Source: Acanthaster planci
Lineage: Eukaryota
Direction: 5' to 3'
Length of the DNA: 41,370 nucleotides
Assembly: GCF_001949145.1 (NCBI RefSeq)
Contig: NW_019091360.1
Coordinates: forward strand, 273,357-314,726
Of this stretch, positions 22,175 through 34,144 are shown piece after piece. The position numbers and the translations under genes are program-made. The notes below the pieces were generated by a model that did not search any database, was not told the origin of the DNA, and saw only the letters and a program-made list of their open reading frames with translations. How positions within the stretch are numbered: position 1 is the first letter of the stretch; every line of letters starts with the position of its first letter.

Positions 22175-23712
22175 AAAATTGGTCCCATTGGATTTTAGTG
22201 CTTCATCAACAATTTTTCACCAGATAATACTGTTGGTATTTGGAAATATGTAGATGATTTAACTTTAGCCGAGAATTGTCCTAGTTCTGTCACTGGTAAC
22301 CTTCAAATTGAATTAGATCACTTTGTTGAGTGGACTTAAGATAAAAACTTATGTTTAAATCCATTTAACTGTCAGGCTCTTCTAATCTGCTTCAAGAGAA
22401 ATCCGCCCATACCAGCATTTACTATTGATCATATCCCACTTGCTTCGTGTCTTCAGCAAAGGTCCTTGGAGTCACGATTCAAAACGACTTGAAGTGGGAT
22501 CTCCAGATTAGTGATGTTTGTTAAGAAAACAAACAGACATTTATACATGTTACGCGCACTTTAAAAATTTGGTCTTGAAACAGATGAATTGACAGTTGTT
22601 TATAAAGGTTATGTCAGGCCTACGATAGAATATGCTGACGTTGTGTAGAATTCTTAACTTCAAAGATCACGTTCACATTTTAGAAAAGTTGCACAAAAGA
22701 GCGTGTACCAGTAACATTATGCTTGGTAATAATTATGATTTGTATCAGGACACTATGGAAACATGTGGCATTGAAACCGTTGCTGATGTCGGCAGGCACA
22801 TTGTTATAAATTTGCTGAGTCTTTGTCTCAGTGTAAACAAACTGATAACCTTATTCCTCCTTAACCCCTTTGCAACAGATGACAATAAGAGCCACGGTAA
22901 AAAATTGAGATCCCTAGCCCGTGTTTCAGCTATTATTCTCAGCCCACGCTCGAGCGAACACGGTGAAGGAAGACATACCCTGACTCTTGTATATANNNNN
23001 NNNNNNNNNNNNNNNNNNNNNNNNNNNNNNNNNNNNNNNNNNNNNNNNNNNNNNNNNNNNNNNNNNNNNNNNNNNNNNNNNNNNNNNTTTTAAAAGAGGC
23101 AACAGGAATGTGGAAGAGTGAGTAGAGCAACATGCCACCGAACAATGAGCCTTTTCACTGTGTAATTTAAAGCGTGCAGAGCACGCACGGCCACAAACCA
23201 AGAATTTGCCGTTTGGCAGGTGGCCTTCATGGCCAAGTAAGGCTGGAATTCTTGGAGTCCGCTTTCAGATAAAAGTTCTGGTCATCAAGGAGTTAAAGGA
23301 AAAATACTCATGTCGGGGAGTTGCATAACTCTCATTCTATTTCTTGCTACCCTGAAGGACTAATAGAATAATATAAAATAAAATGGGACTATTTAAAAAA
23401 AGTTAAATTCACATTTAGAGAATCTGCACAGGCCTTCTTGTGGCTTATGGGATTCATGTAACAACAGAAAAATGAAACTCAGTTCAACCCGCCGATGTAC
23501 ATGTAGGTTTGAACTATTTTACTTGTTTAATTGTTTATTAGTTCTAATAATTATAATTGTGATTAATATTTTTTTGCCTGTTTTTTTTTGCTGTACATGT
23601 ACTTTTAATATATTTTCCGTGTATTTTAATTATAATATGTAACATTCTTGTAATTTAGCTTGGGCCACGATAAGAATGAAATAAACTAATTTATGAAATG
23701 AAATGAAATAAA
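22175..23712 (+). mobile_element. 5'-truncated CR1/L2-group LINE (reverse transcriptase C-terminal half, pseudogene)
   Basis: KIGPIGF…FIN, WKYVDDLT (22241), LCLNP, KVLGVTIQNDLKW, LYMLRAL, YVRPTIEYA, LEKLHKRAC, with stops and frameshifts. The 3' end has AATAAA followed by an (ATGAA)n tail at ~23680-23712. Confidence 0.82.
22865..23292. mobile_element. TTAA-flanked insertion (piggyBac-like MITE) interrupting the LINE
   Basis: TTAA at 22861-22864 and 23293-23296. The ends CCCCTTT / CTCCTTG (rc) are only weakly similar. LINE-like coding (LIPP…RKNTH..ELHNSHS) resumes across it. Confidence 0.5.
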
Positions 23713-26700
23713 TTATCCTAGCTTATAATATAAGTCTGAATATTAGGGTGGCTCGTCCAACAAATTGAACAAAACATAGCGTACCGGTATGTGTACAAAC
23801 CTTAAGGCACAGGAATGGGCCTGACTGACACAACAGAACTCCAGATCCCTGGCCGATCACCTGTACAGCAGTACAGCATTAAACCAACAACCGTGTGACA
23901 CCAGCTCAGACTCTAGTCCAGCTGTTTTCATACATGAAGTGTGTACTTATGCTCTTTTTGTACACTTGTTTTTGTCTCCATATGTACCCTTATCGTACAC
24001 AAGCAATAATGTACATGTACTACGTGTAGTACAGTACTTTTAGGCACATGACAGGTGTAAATTTTGTTTAAGTCCACAACGTATAGTACCTGCACAAAAT
24101 GTATTTAGCTTTGCATTTGCATCTAGTTCAAGACGTAAGACAATGAGTATTCAGTTACAGGTACCCACACTCTATGATGTGTGTAGAAGACTGATCGTGA
24201 AGTTGACTTGGACCCGGGGAGCTTTTGTTCTTCATGCTTTCTTTGAAAACCAGCAGAAAAAGATTCACCTATAAAATTCTAGAACACGGCTAATGCATAA
24301 TGAAAGACATTACCCGCGTAGCATACATGTATGTTCTCGCCTTTCATGTTGGAAGCCACAATGGTCAATTTGTTCACGGTTCGCTGTGCCTTCGCTCAGG
24401 TTATAAAAATGATACTGCTTTTTGAAGGACGTACAAAATGCAAACCAAATAATTTGGTCTTTTTCAAATCCTTTCAGTCTCCTGATTAGCATCATAGAGA
24501 TTATTATTTTAATATAATCAATGAAACCTTTTTTTATTATACTCTGAATTGTTTAGATATTTATCATTGTATCTATTGTGAGGGAAACTGCTTACTCTTT
24601 ACAAATATTCTTCATGTCAAGGTGCCATTGACCACTGTCTCTAATCACATGCAGCAACAGCATCCATCTGAGGAAGTTGCACTAGGTTATGTTTGTTCCA
24701 GCATAGAGGCTTCTACCATACCACTATGTATGCAGATTTGAAAGAAAGTCTTTTGAAAGAGTGAGGTCATCAGGGGACAAAATATCAGCCAATGGCATTT
24801 TAACTTTCATTGACACCATGACCTAATATGGAGTGTATGGGCACGTTTACAGGATGATTGATGCACATAATGCAGCATCTCCTACCATTCACGACACATG
24901 TTGACATGTTGCTATATGCACAGCAAACTGATCATGTACATTGTGAACCCAATGTTTTTTTTAATTTGTTTCTTATTATGTTATTAATGTTCAAGAATGT
25001 GATGCCATAATGTTTTCCTATTTTATGTCAATGATCTGACATTGATACTGCAATAGTGCTTTTATGTAACCACGGTAAATGTCACACCAACTGCTTGCAA
25101 TGGCAGAATAAAATTGGCTGTCAGACATTTTTTCCGACCGCTTTTTCTAATTGTAAAGGAGGATCGAGTTTTCAATCTTGTCCAGTCACTTCCTGAAACT
25201 AGTCCCAGCTGCCTGGAGGCCAGGCAACATGTCATGGCAAAAACATTAGCAGCGCCCCCCACCAAATTTTTTTTGGAGACAAGGCGACTGAGGTCATGAC
25301 TTTTTTCTCTAACTTTAATCTCTTTTGCTACAAAAACTCTATTCATTTTACCCTCACGTATTATTGTAGGGGAATCAAATCAATACAGACACATGACAGG
25401 AAAGACAAAAGTTTCTCTGGAAAATTATCAAGAAGAATGTTGTGCTTTACCAAAAAACATCCTGCAGCAGCCATGTAAAAAAATGTTGCAAGATTACCAC
25501 TGATGACATACTTGGTGCGCAGTGAGGACAGCCACACCATGAAGATAAAATATTCATTCAACTGCATTTACTCATGTGTGTAGCCAATGCAGAGCGCTGC
25601 ATACCTACCTACATGTACCCACTGCACAAAGATGCCAAAAGCAGCAGAGTGACTTGGAAATACGTACATGTACATACATGTACAGTACATCCCACATGAA
25701 ATATACAGGTAAATACGAGTTTTTATCAAACTAATACATGAACATACATAAAAATGGGCCAAATGATTATCCATGCAACTCTGCACTGCTTGTAAATAAC
25801 AAATTGTTGTGTATTGGGACAAGGTTCAATGGAGTATTGTATATTCAGACTGATTATCAGCAGGCACATGACCAAGTCAGCCACAGAAGGATTAATGTCA
25901 GTTTGCCCGGCAAAACCCTGTTTTAATCAAAAAGCTCACCAGGCCGTGGGAAAATAAACACCACAAAAGTGACCGCAGAGTTAATGAGCAAGTCTGAAGC
26001 TGCATACATAAACATGACCCAAAACAACCCCCATTTGACCCAAGAGGTTTTGTTTTAACTGAGAAGCAGCAGAGTAAAATAATTTGACGACATGTGATGT
26101 CCAAAGTTTAACTAAAAAACGGTTATTTTAACTGAGCAGATTTTCACAGTGCATGTGGTGGCAAATAAATATACGTTGCTTTGCTTTTGAATATAAATGA
26201 CACGGAAAGTATCTGCACTTGTATCAGTGATGAAAAAGCTAAGAACAAAAAAGAAAAAAAAAAACAGCCAAAACGTCAATAAAATACCTTATATTGTGCA
26301 GCTCAAATGTCTTCTGAAGATTGTGCATTGAAGCACACATGCCAAAGTCCAGGTGCTCTGGTAGTGAAAGATCATGCTGAGGTAGCACTGCTTGAATTGG
26401 AATGTCAAAAACTCCTTCCTGAAAGAACATTAAATGCAATGGGTAAAATGGGTAATTTCAGAAACTTTGGGTCCAAAAGTGTGACATTTGTGTGTCCCTG
26501 TTAAATCTGACCTTTGTTATTTGACATGGAAACATCACGGAATTGATTTCAAACTATTGCTCTTTGTTTGACAGGTCATTTGCATTTAATTCATCACTCT
26601 CGGAAATTAGAAAATGAACTAGTAATACATGTAGGTATACCAAAATTGGAAATATCAATGTTTGTTGTGAGAGTTCACTGTGGTTTAAGAACCAGACATT

Positions 26701-29082
26701 TCATAAATTTTATTCCTTGATATTATGCTTTTACTCAGTTAAGGAGTGTCTAATAGGATGATTTTCACCCCCAAAAAATTTATGTATAATGTATTATTGT
26801 ATTTATGTATTATAAATTAATATATATTCCAATAAAGTATGTACCTTTGTTTTTTTTTAAAAGAAAGGTAGACTTGTAAAAGTCGGGCAAAATGTCAACA
26901 AAAATACCCTGCTTTTCAAAAACAACTTCTATCTTCAGAGAGAAACTGTGCATCATTTTGTAGCTGCTTGACACTCTTTCAATTGACATAAATTTGCTTT
27001 TGAAAAATTTTGAATAGAGTGCAGAAATTTGCATTGACTATTTACAGTAAATTATGTAGAAGCACCAAAAAGGAAAAATACACATTGACACACATGTACA
27101 TTTGATGACGCATTTTTACAATGGGCTGTAAATGGCCAGTGCAAAAATGTCTAGTCTATCCATAAATTGATTGACTGATTGTTTGGCTACAAAACTAATA
27201 AAGAAGAAAAGTTGTAAATTCATCATTGTGTCAAGGAAATCAACCTTCTAAGCCTTCTTCAGCTAGAAATTAACATTGTTCAGAGCAAAAACGAACAGCA
27301 CCCTTTATTGTTCAGGCATGTTAAGTATACTGGATGTGATCATTTCCGATGATGTTGGGCTCATTTGCTGGTAAGTCATCTGCTTCGTTGTAATCGTGTG
27401 GACTTTGTATGCCAAGGTTAGTCGTAATTTTAGGTGGAATTTAAACTGTAGAGTAGTTGAAAGAATTGTAGGTTTTCCAAGGTAATGTCAATTGTCCCAA
27501 TGAACGCTAGAGGGTGTAGAGTCTGGTTTTTTGTTGTTTTTTTCTGCACCAGTTGTCATGTAAATGAGCCATGACGACATTCCTAACTGCTTGTACTTAT
27601 CTTGAACTCAGTGTTGTGTCATGGTCTGGAACAGTGGATAAGAATGTTTTTCATACTGCCTTATGATTAGCTAGATTTGATTTGGAACTCATTCTTGCAC
27701 TAGTGCTGCAATGGGTTTGTTCACTCAAATAAGATCCATCCTCTCTGCAAGAGATCACACAATGGGAAGAACCTCAAGAGTGCATTTATCTCCTTTGATA
27801 TGACTAATCATTGATTTTCTGTTTCAAAAATGGGTATTTTCCATTTTGCCAAATCCCAAATTATACTTTAAAAATTCGAATTCGGTTTCATATCTTCGTA
27901 AGCATGAAATAGGAGAGCAAGTTTAAACTATGCATGGAAACCATTTGCCCAACCACATCGCCCCCCCAAAAAAAAAAGAAAGAAAGAAAAGAAACAAAAA
28001 TAACAATATTGTTTGGAAATACTTTGCATTGTTTCCAACCTTTTTTTAAATTTCTATAGTGAAAATTAAAAAAAAAAAACAGACAATAAATACTGCACAC
28101 CCCACCCCTTGATTTCACACTGGCGTGCGATCGCCAAAAACTTGCTTCGATTAATCAACGGACAATTCATGTGCCACTCCTTGTGTATACATTAAGATTA
28201 CATACATGTACGTGTACAGTGGTCACAGAGTAGGTCTTGCATGTAACAGTCGTTGATCACAATATGTTAATGTTGGACATCAACCGCCATTTTATGTGGC
28301 AGTTGTGCAACAAAATTCAGAAAGTTACATTAAATCTGAGCCTTAAAATGTATGTTTGTGACTGAAAACTTCACTCTTTATTGAACACTTCCGAGGGCCC
28401 ATTCAGCTATGGTACACCAAACTTACTAGGTTTCATTTAATTCAAGAAATATGTAATTAGTTTCCCGTTTTGCTGCTGCGGTTTCATCTTTCCCCATGCG
28501 GTACTAGCCTTGTCTCAAGGCGTCCATGCAGATTCACAGACTAAATTCCCTACACGTGAAAGAGTCATACGTGTGAGTAAGAACTTGTTTGTGCCTTGAT
28601 TTCATTGCTAGTATGGTGCGTGTGTGAATGGCCAATGCGTGTATATGTACATATACAATGTGCATACACAATGTACCGTACTGCACCGATATTCTGTGCC
28701 GGGCCGGCTGCCGCTGCACACATGCAGCTCACGCTTGCCATAGCACTCACAAGTATCGGCACCGGCGAGGCACAAACGACCCAGTCATGTGGTGGAGTGG
28801 TGCAATTTAGCATGTTTCGCATAATTCGTTCATTAAAAGCAAGCATTTGAAAAGGGTTTGATAGGTATTTATTTTTTGTCCTTTGCAGAAAGTTTTCTGT
28901 ACTTTTTAGGTCGTTCTTAGAGGGAAATTTTGCAAGTTCCATTTCAAGCAGTGGATTCCGTTTCACAGTGTTGATTCCGCAAATTCCATCCATTTTCTGT
29001 GATTCTGGAAAATCATTGGCTCTTCATTTATCATCAGTTGTTATCACCTGTGACCAAGATAACAGAAACATTGCCACCTAAT

Positions 29083-29225
29083 AGGTCACTTCGTTTTACA
29101 CGGATCTGGATCTCAATCAGTGATCCCACTGCTGGTTCGCTCCATCCATCAGGCGGGTTTTGAGGTCAGTGAACCAATGACGGATCACTTACTGTGATCC
29201 GGATCCGCGAGAAACACACTGGCCC
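29083..29225. mobile_element. Small palindromic MITE-like foldback
   Basis: GTTTTACACGGATCTGGATCTCAATCAGTGATCC vs rc of the right arm GTTTCTCGCGGATCCGGATCACAGTAAGTGATCC. TSD unclear. Confidence 0.65.
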
Positions 29226-29525
29226 AAAGAAAACAAAGGTTAATAATCAAGATGTACTCCAAGGCCTGCAAATTATACAGTAGATTTCCGTTATACGTGT
29301 AGTGCTCTCAAGAGGACCTAACAGAATTAAGCATTACAACCACACAGCTCTATAAACAAGTGGATGAACGCACAACATGTGCACCTCACGTGTGCACATG
29401 TACTTCTATGTACATGTATAGATACATGTATCCACATGCACATCATGTATATGAATTTTGTTTACATGAATTGGCACATGTATGAACAGTAGTTTTCGGA
29501 GTACATACCTTGTATCCAGTTATCT

Positions 29526-29796
29526 CTCCCCCACCTAAAGTGGGTTGAGTCTACTACTGCATACCTACCAGATTATCAATACATATGCATTATTTCCTAA
29601 GTCCATTCCTTCCATTCACTAAATTGTTGATCACCAGCAGAGCGCCCTCACTCACTCGACCCCCACGAAGGCGGCCGCCATTTTCTACCTCTTTTTCCAT
29701 ATGCAAAGTGTGCCGAAGCCAAGTGGGAAAGAGGGAGGGAGATTGGTAATCTGGTAGGTATGCAGTAATAGACTCAACCTACTCTAGGTGGGGGAG
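29526..29796. mobile_element. Foldback MITE-like element with ~55-bp inverted arms
   Basis: CTCCCCCACCTAAAGTGGGTTGAGTCTACTACTGCATACCTACCAGATTATCAAT (29526-29580) pairs with 29742-29796 with about four mismatches. Confidence 0.8.
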
Positions 29797-29972
29797 GGGG
29801 GAAGAGTTTACTGCCTGCAACCTACACAGATTCCAATACATATGCAGAGTAGCACTGAATCAATGGACAGTGGGAGGGCGAGGACGCACTACCAATATCT
29901 AGCTATCACACAACAAAAGGATTGAGGGTGTCCCAGGTAGAAATTTGGCGGGGTTTTAAACAATTTTCGGGG

Positions 29973-30741
29973 TGTAAAGGGAACTTGCATCGGAGAGTCC
30001 GAGGAGAGGGCACGTCTTGCCAGCCTCAATGATTTTGCTGTAATTGAGTTTGAAACTGCGAGAATCCAGCCAGTTGCGCCAAAGAACTTAATGATTGGAA
30101 GCTAGTGTATCGGTGAAGATACGTTCCATTAATGGTTGGAAGCTAGTGTATCGGTGAAGATAAGTTCTGACCGATACGCAAGGTGAAAAAAAAAACTACT
30201 TGAGACGCAAGATTTCCCAAGAACCAGGCATCTACGCAACCTGGTTCTTCTGTGGGTACTTGACTAGCAGTCTGATCCAAGGGCTGGCCAGAAACTCGAG
30301 GAACAACTCAGGACTCGGGGTCAAGTCAAGACCACTGTACGACAGAGAGTCAGGCTGGTACCTGAAGGCTACTCTGCGTTGAGACAGCCCGAGAGTTCCT
30401 GGCCAAAACGTGAACCAGTCATTGCTGCAGTGACAAAAGGATCCTTTAGAATTTTTACGTTAAATTTAAGTTGTGCACCTACTGCGTTGAAAACCCTGTA
30501 AGTCCTGAGCGTATTTCATATCGTGTAAGATCAACAAAACTGTAAATATTTTTTTAAAACGATAATAAATTTGTAAATTGGTCTCCGTAAAATAGAAGAT
30601 CTTGTATCCGGTGTCTTATTTTGCCAGAGAGTGCAAATAACTGCCGAAGGTTATGTCCACGGGGTTGGGGGTAACCCGGGATGTGACAATTGTCTTGGCT
30701 TTTCATCGTGGCTTTGTTGATCGGTGAGGGATTTCGTGACA
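29973..30741 (+). mobile_element. Putative LTR (TG…CA), probably a 3' LTR
   Basis: Begins TGTAAAG after a G-run (PPT-like) and ends CGTGACA. It has an internal AATAAA (~30564) and a 41-bp tandem duplication (30088/30129). Its end coincides with the point where the gag reading frame is cut. No second copy or TSD. Confidence 0.5.
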
Positions 30742-31588
30742 TTCTGATCCCAGGACTTATCTGGTGCTCTATCACTTACAAATCTCCAAACTGGCTTTTC
30801 GCTCTCCAGTCTATGATGCGCTTCGACATATCTGTCAGCTAGAAGCGCCGTGTTCTGAAGCGTACTAGGTTTTCGTTCTTTTAGGTACAGAGCCAGGTCC
30901 TTACCACAGCCAGAGATAATTCGCTCACGTAAAAGCAGATCTGATAAGCTGTCATATGTTTTGGTTGACTCATTTAACTCAACCCAACGTTCAAATACCT
31001 TTCCAACCTCGCTGAATATTGTGAAAACGTTTCGCCAATCTCACGTTTAGCATTTCTAAATTTCACGCGATAGCCTTCTTCTGTAAGCATGTACCTATGT
31101 AACAGCGCTGTTTTCAATTCTTTGTATACGATTGCCCTCTCAACTGGCATATGCAAGTAGACTTCTAACGCCTTGCCCGTCAACAAACTACTTAGTGCAA
31201 GCGCCCATTCACCCCTTGGCCAGTTCGCAGTCTTTGCAAATCTTTCAAACCTCCTAAGTTACGCGTCCATATCATCGCGGCCATCCTTAAAGGCAGGAAG
31301 TTTTGGCTTTTTCACTTTCGTTTCCGATTTGCCTTTACTACCGGCCAGCTGCGTTTCTGGTTTCAGCTCTAATTCTTTCATCTCTTTGTTGTACTCTCTT
31401 TCTTTAGCACGGTCTTCTGACGTTTCTTTAACAAGTTTTTCTTCTCTATCTAGCTTTTCGTGATTTACCTGTTCTAGTCTTTCTCTCTTCTTTTCTTCTT
31501 TCAACTCCCTATCCTGCGCAAAGTCTACGAGTTCCTTACCCTGCAGACCTAGAGACTTACCTAGCTCGATATATTTGACGAACTCCAT
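30742..31588 (-). pseudogene. gag: Gypsy/Ty3 retrotransposon gag (SCAN-like capsid type), truncated
   Basis: MEFVKYIELGKSLGLQGKELVDF, coiled coil, PKLPAFKDGRDDMDA*LRRFERFA…W…W…LLTGKALEVY…LKTALLHRYMLTEEGYRVKFR, then a frameshift to RWVEL…LLLRERII…LYLKERKP…LADRYVEAH. One stop (31259-31261) and one frameshift (~30990). No zinc knuckle or pol follows. Confidence 0.85.
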
Positions 31589-34144
31589 TGTCAAAATGCA
31601 GAGTGTGAGTAAAACAACAATGGTTGCAATTGTACCAATCCTTACGCGTTTATTAGAGTTATAAGACAGACTGTAAGATCTCAGCTTGCGACAGGTGTCA
31701 TTCCTAAGTGACCTACACAATGTGTCATCTACATTGGTTACCTGGACCAGACGGCCAGTCACTATACCAAACTTAATAGCTGTATCGGACCATGAAAGGA
31801 GGACACTCAAAGATATCGAATAGAGCTGAAGGTAGACACAGAACTGATTCCTGAGATCTCAACAAATGGGGGTACATGTATAATCAGTACGCCTCTGCAC
31901 AACGCATTGCAAGGGTCACCCGACGTAAATGGTCGTAGTGTTATTAGCATATAGCCATGTAGATAACTTCCAACATACACTAATGAAAAATGTCGACATT
32001 GAGCGTATTATAAACCTAGTGTCTTGGATCGTGATAGGGCGGCAAGGTTTGATGTCTGAGAAAATCAGCCATTTGGAACAGATAATGCTAACGATCGAGG
32101 AAATCCAAATAGCCAAGGGAAACTTTAGCCTAAGGGGTAAAGATAGAAGAACACTCCCTCTCAGCTTGGATTCCTGGGCCACTAATAGTACGAGGAGAAT
32201 GAACAAAGCCTGGAATTGTAACCTACAACGTGGATGAAAATGGCACCGTAGGACTATCACCAACAAAAGTACATGTATGTGTAGAGGATATCATCAACAG
32301 ACCACTATCCAGGAATGTAGCAGCAATTGGAAGCCACATAGGGCGGCTGTACTGAAATGCTTTCCAAGAAGAGGATACCTGGAGTCAGAGTTGTCTAAGG
32401 GACAGAAGTTAATTTAAAAAGGTAGGTAGCTGAGGCAACACCCAGTGGCTACATGCGATTGGCGATGGCAGTACTTGGTCCCGCAGAAGAGAGTCGGTTA
32501 ATGCACTAATCGGCATTAGAATTGGCGTTCACATTGCTCTTCATGTCATGAAAATGGAGAACTCTGTACTCCAGTGTTGATGTTTCCCTAGGAAGCTGGC
32601 TCAATTAATTCTGAGGTTTAGGAATTAGGTCTAATGGTCTGAATAACAGAAGTTTTTCCCGGCTATTTCAGACAGAATCGCTGGGAGTCTGGCGCAGAAT
32701 AATAGCAACTAGATGTACCATATTAAGGCAGAGCCAACAATATGTAGACCGTCGGGTACCAAGAGACTGGCTCAACCACCCTGCGATGTAGCGCCTGTTC
32801 TCTCGTGTGAATCCTTCCATCAGAGCAGATGACTCTTAACGGGTTGTTGGCTTGAAGATGTGAGTTACCTTCAGGCTAGTCTCAAAGCCTACGGCTCATT
32901 GGAACATCCAATTTTCAGGAGGCCAAGGCGTAGTACAAGAGCACCTCCTCCGTAATTTATCTGGTGAAGTGACTAACGTGCTAACCAAAGCACTCCTGAG
33001 TGTGAAAATTGGAAGTTTAGGGACAGGAGTACCCCATGAAGATTAGAAGAGCCAGTAAAAACCAGTAGTTGAGGGTTCATCGTCAGATTCAACTGTTAAC
33101 CGGGTGTGTCTTGATGGTAAGAGGTATCAGTTTTTTTTGGGGGGGGGGAATTCATCTTTGGGCCGAAGATATGCTTATCAGATAAAGGTCCAGGCGAAGG
33201 GTGAGAGAGGAGCATAATTGGATTGGAGAATATAAAAGGACAAGAATCGTGGAATTAGGAAACTGGAAGTTACGTGGAAAGATTGAAGTGGGAAGTAAAA
33301 CGACATCCCAACGAAGCTTGGATTGAAGCTGACAGGGGCCAAGTTGCCGTGACAGGAACCCATGCACATGTAACAATTACTTGTAGCAACAAAGATTGGA
33401 ATTCAATAAAGACCCCGGTCGAGCAAAGGGGCAGACATGACTGCAAGAGGGTAGCCGAATGAGGAATGGAAGGTATTCATTTGACTGAGGAAACATCTTC
33501 TAGAACCTTGCTACTGTAGAGAGTGCCTTGAATGTGGGCATCTGCAAAGGCACCTGCAAAGCAATGTAACTAGAAGCGTTAGACCAACGGGGATGGGAAG
33601 AGTGTCAACATTCCCTCTGGTCAATCTCCCAAGCGCTGTCAGCGTAGATTGAGGCAAAGCAGGATTTGACTGGTGCGTAAAAAAAAGGCGGGGGAAAGAG
33701 AACCAGAACTGTTCCACTGTATCTCCTCCAAACTTTTAAAGACCACTGGTAAGTGACAATGAAAAGGGTGGGAGACCAGAGAAAAGTTTATCTTCATCGA
33801 GCGTGGAGTCATTGCCAGCAGACTAGTTAAGTCGGGTGGAATTTATGCTTACTGACAATGAACAGCTACAGTACATGCGAATGACGGTGAAGCATTTCTG
33901 GAGAATGAAAAAAACAAAAACTAGAGGTTTGACGGTTGTTAAAACAACTGCAGGCTGTTTTGGCATTTTCGAGAAAGCATTTCAAAAACTATATAACTTT
34001 GAAACTATCAGAATAGTAAACTTTAACATTTCATGAACATTACATAATTCAATCAAATTGACAAGAGCGCCGAACACTGGCCTTGAAAAACATCTACAAA
34101 ATCTGTAGTGGAAAACGAAATATTCAAAAAATTAAAAAAAAAAA

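Noticed and set aside
28565..28993. 142-aa minus-strand ORF
   Set aside because: No recognisable domain, and its C-terminal part runs through low-complexity TACA/TGTA sequence.
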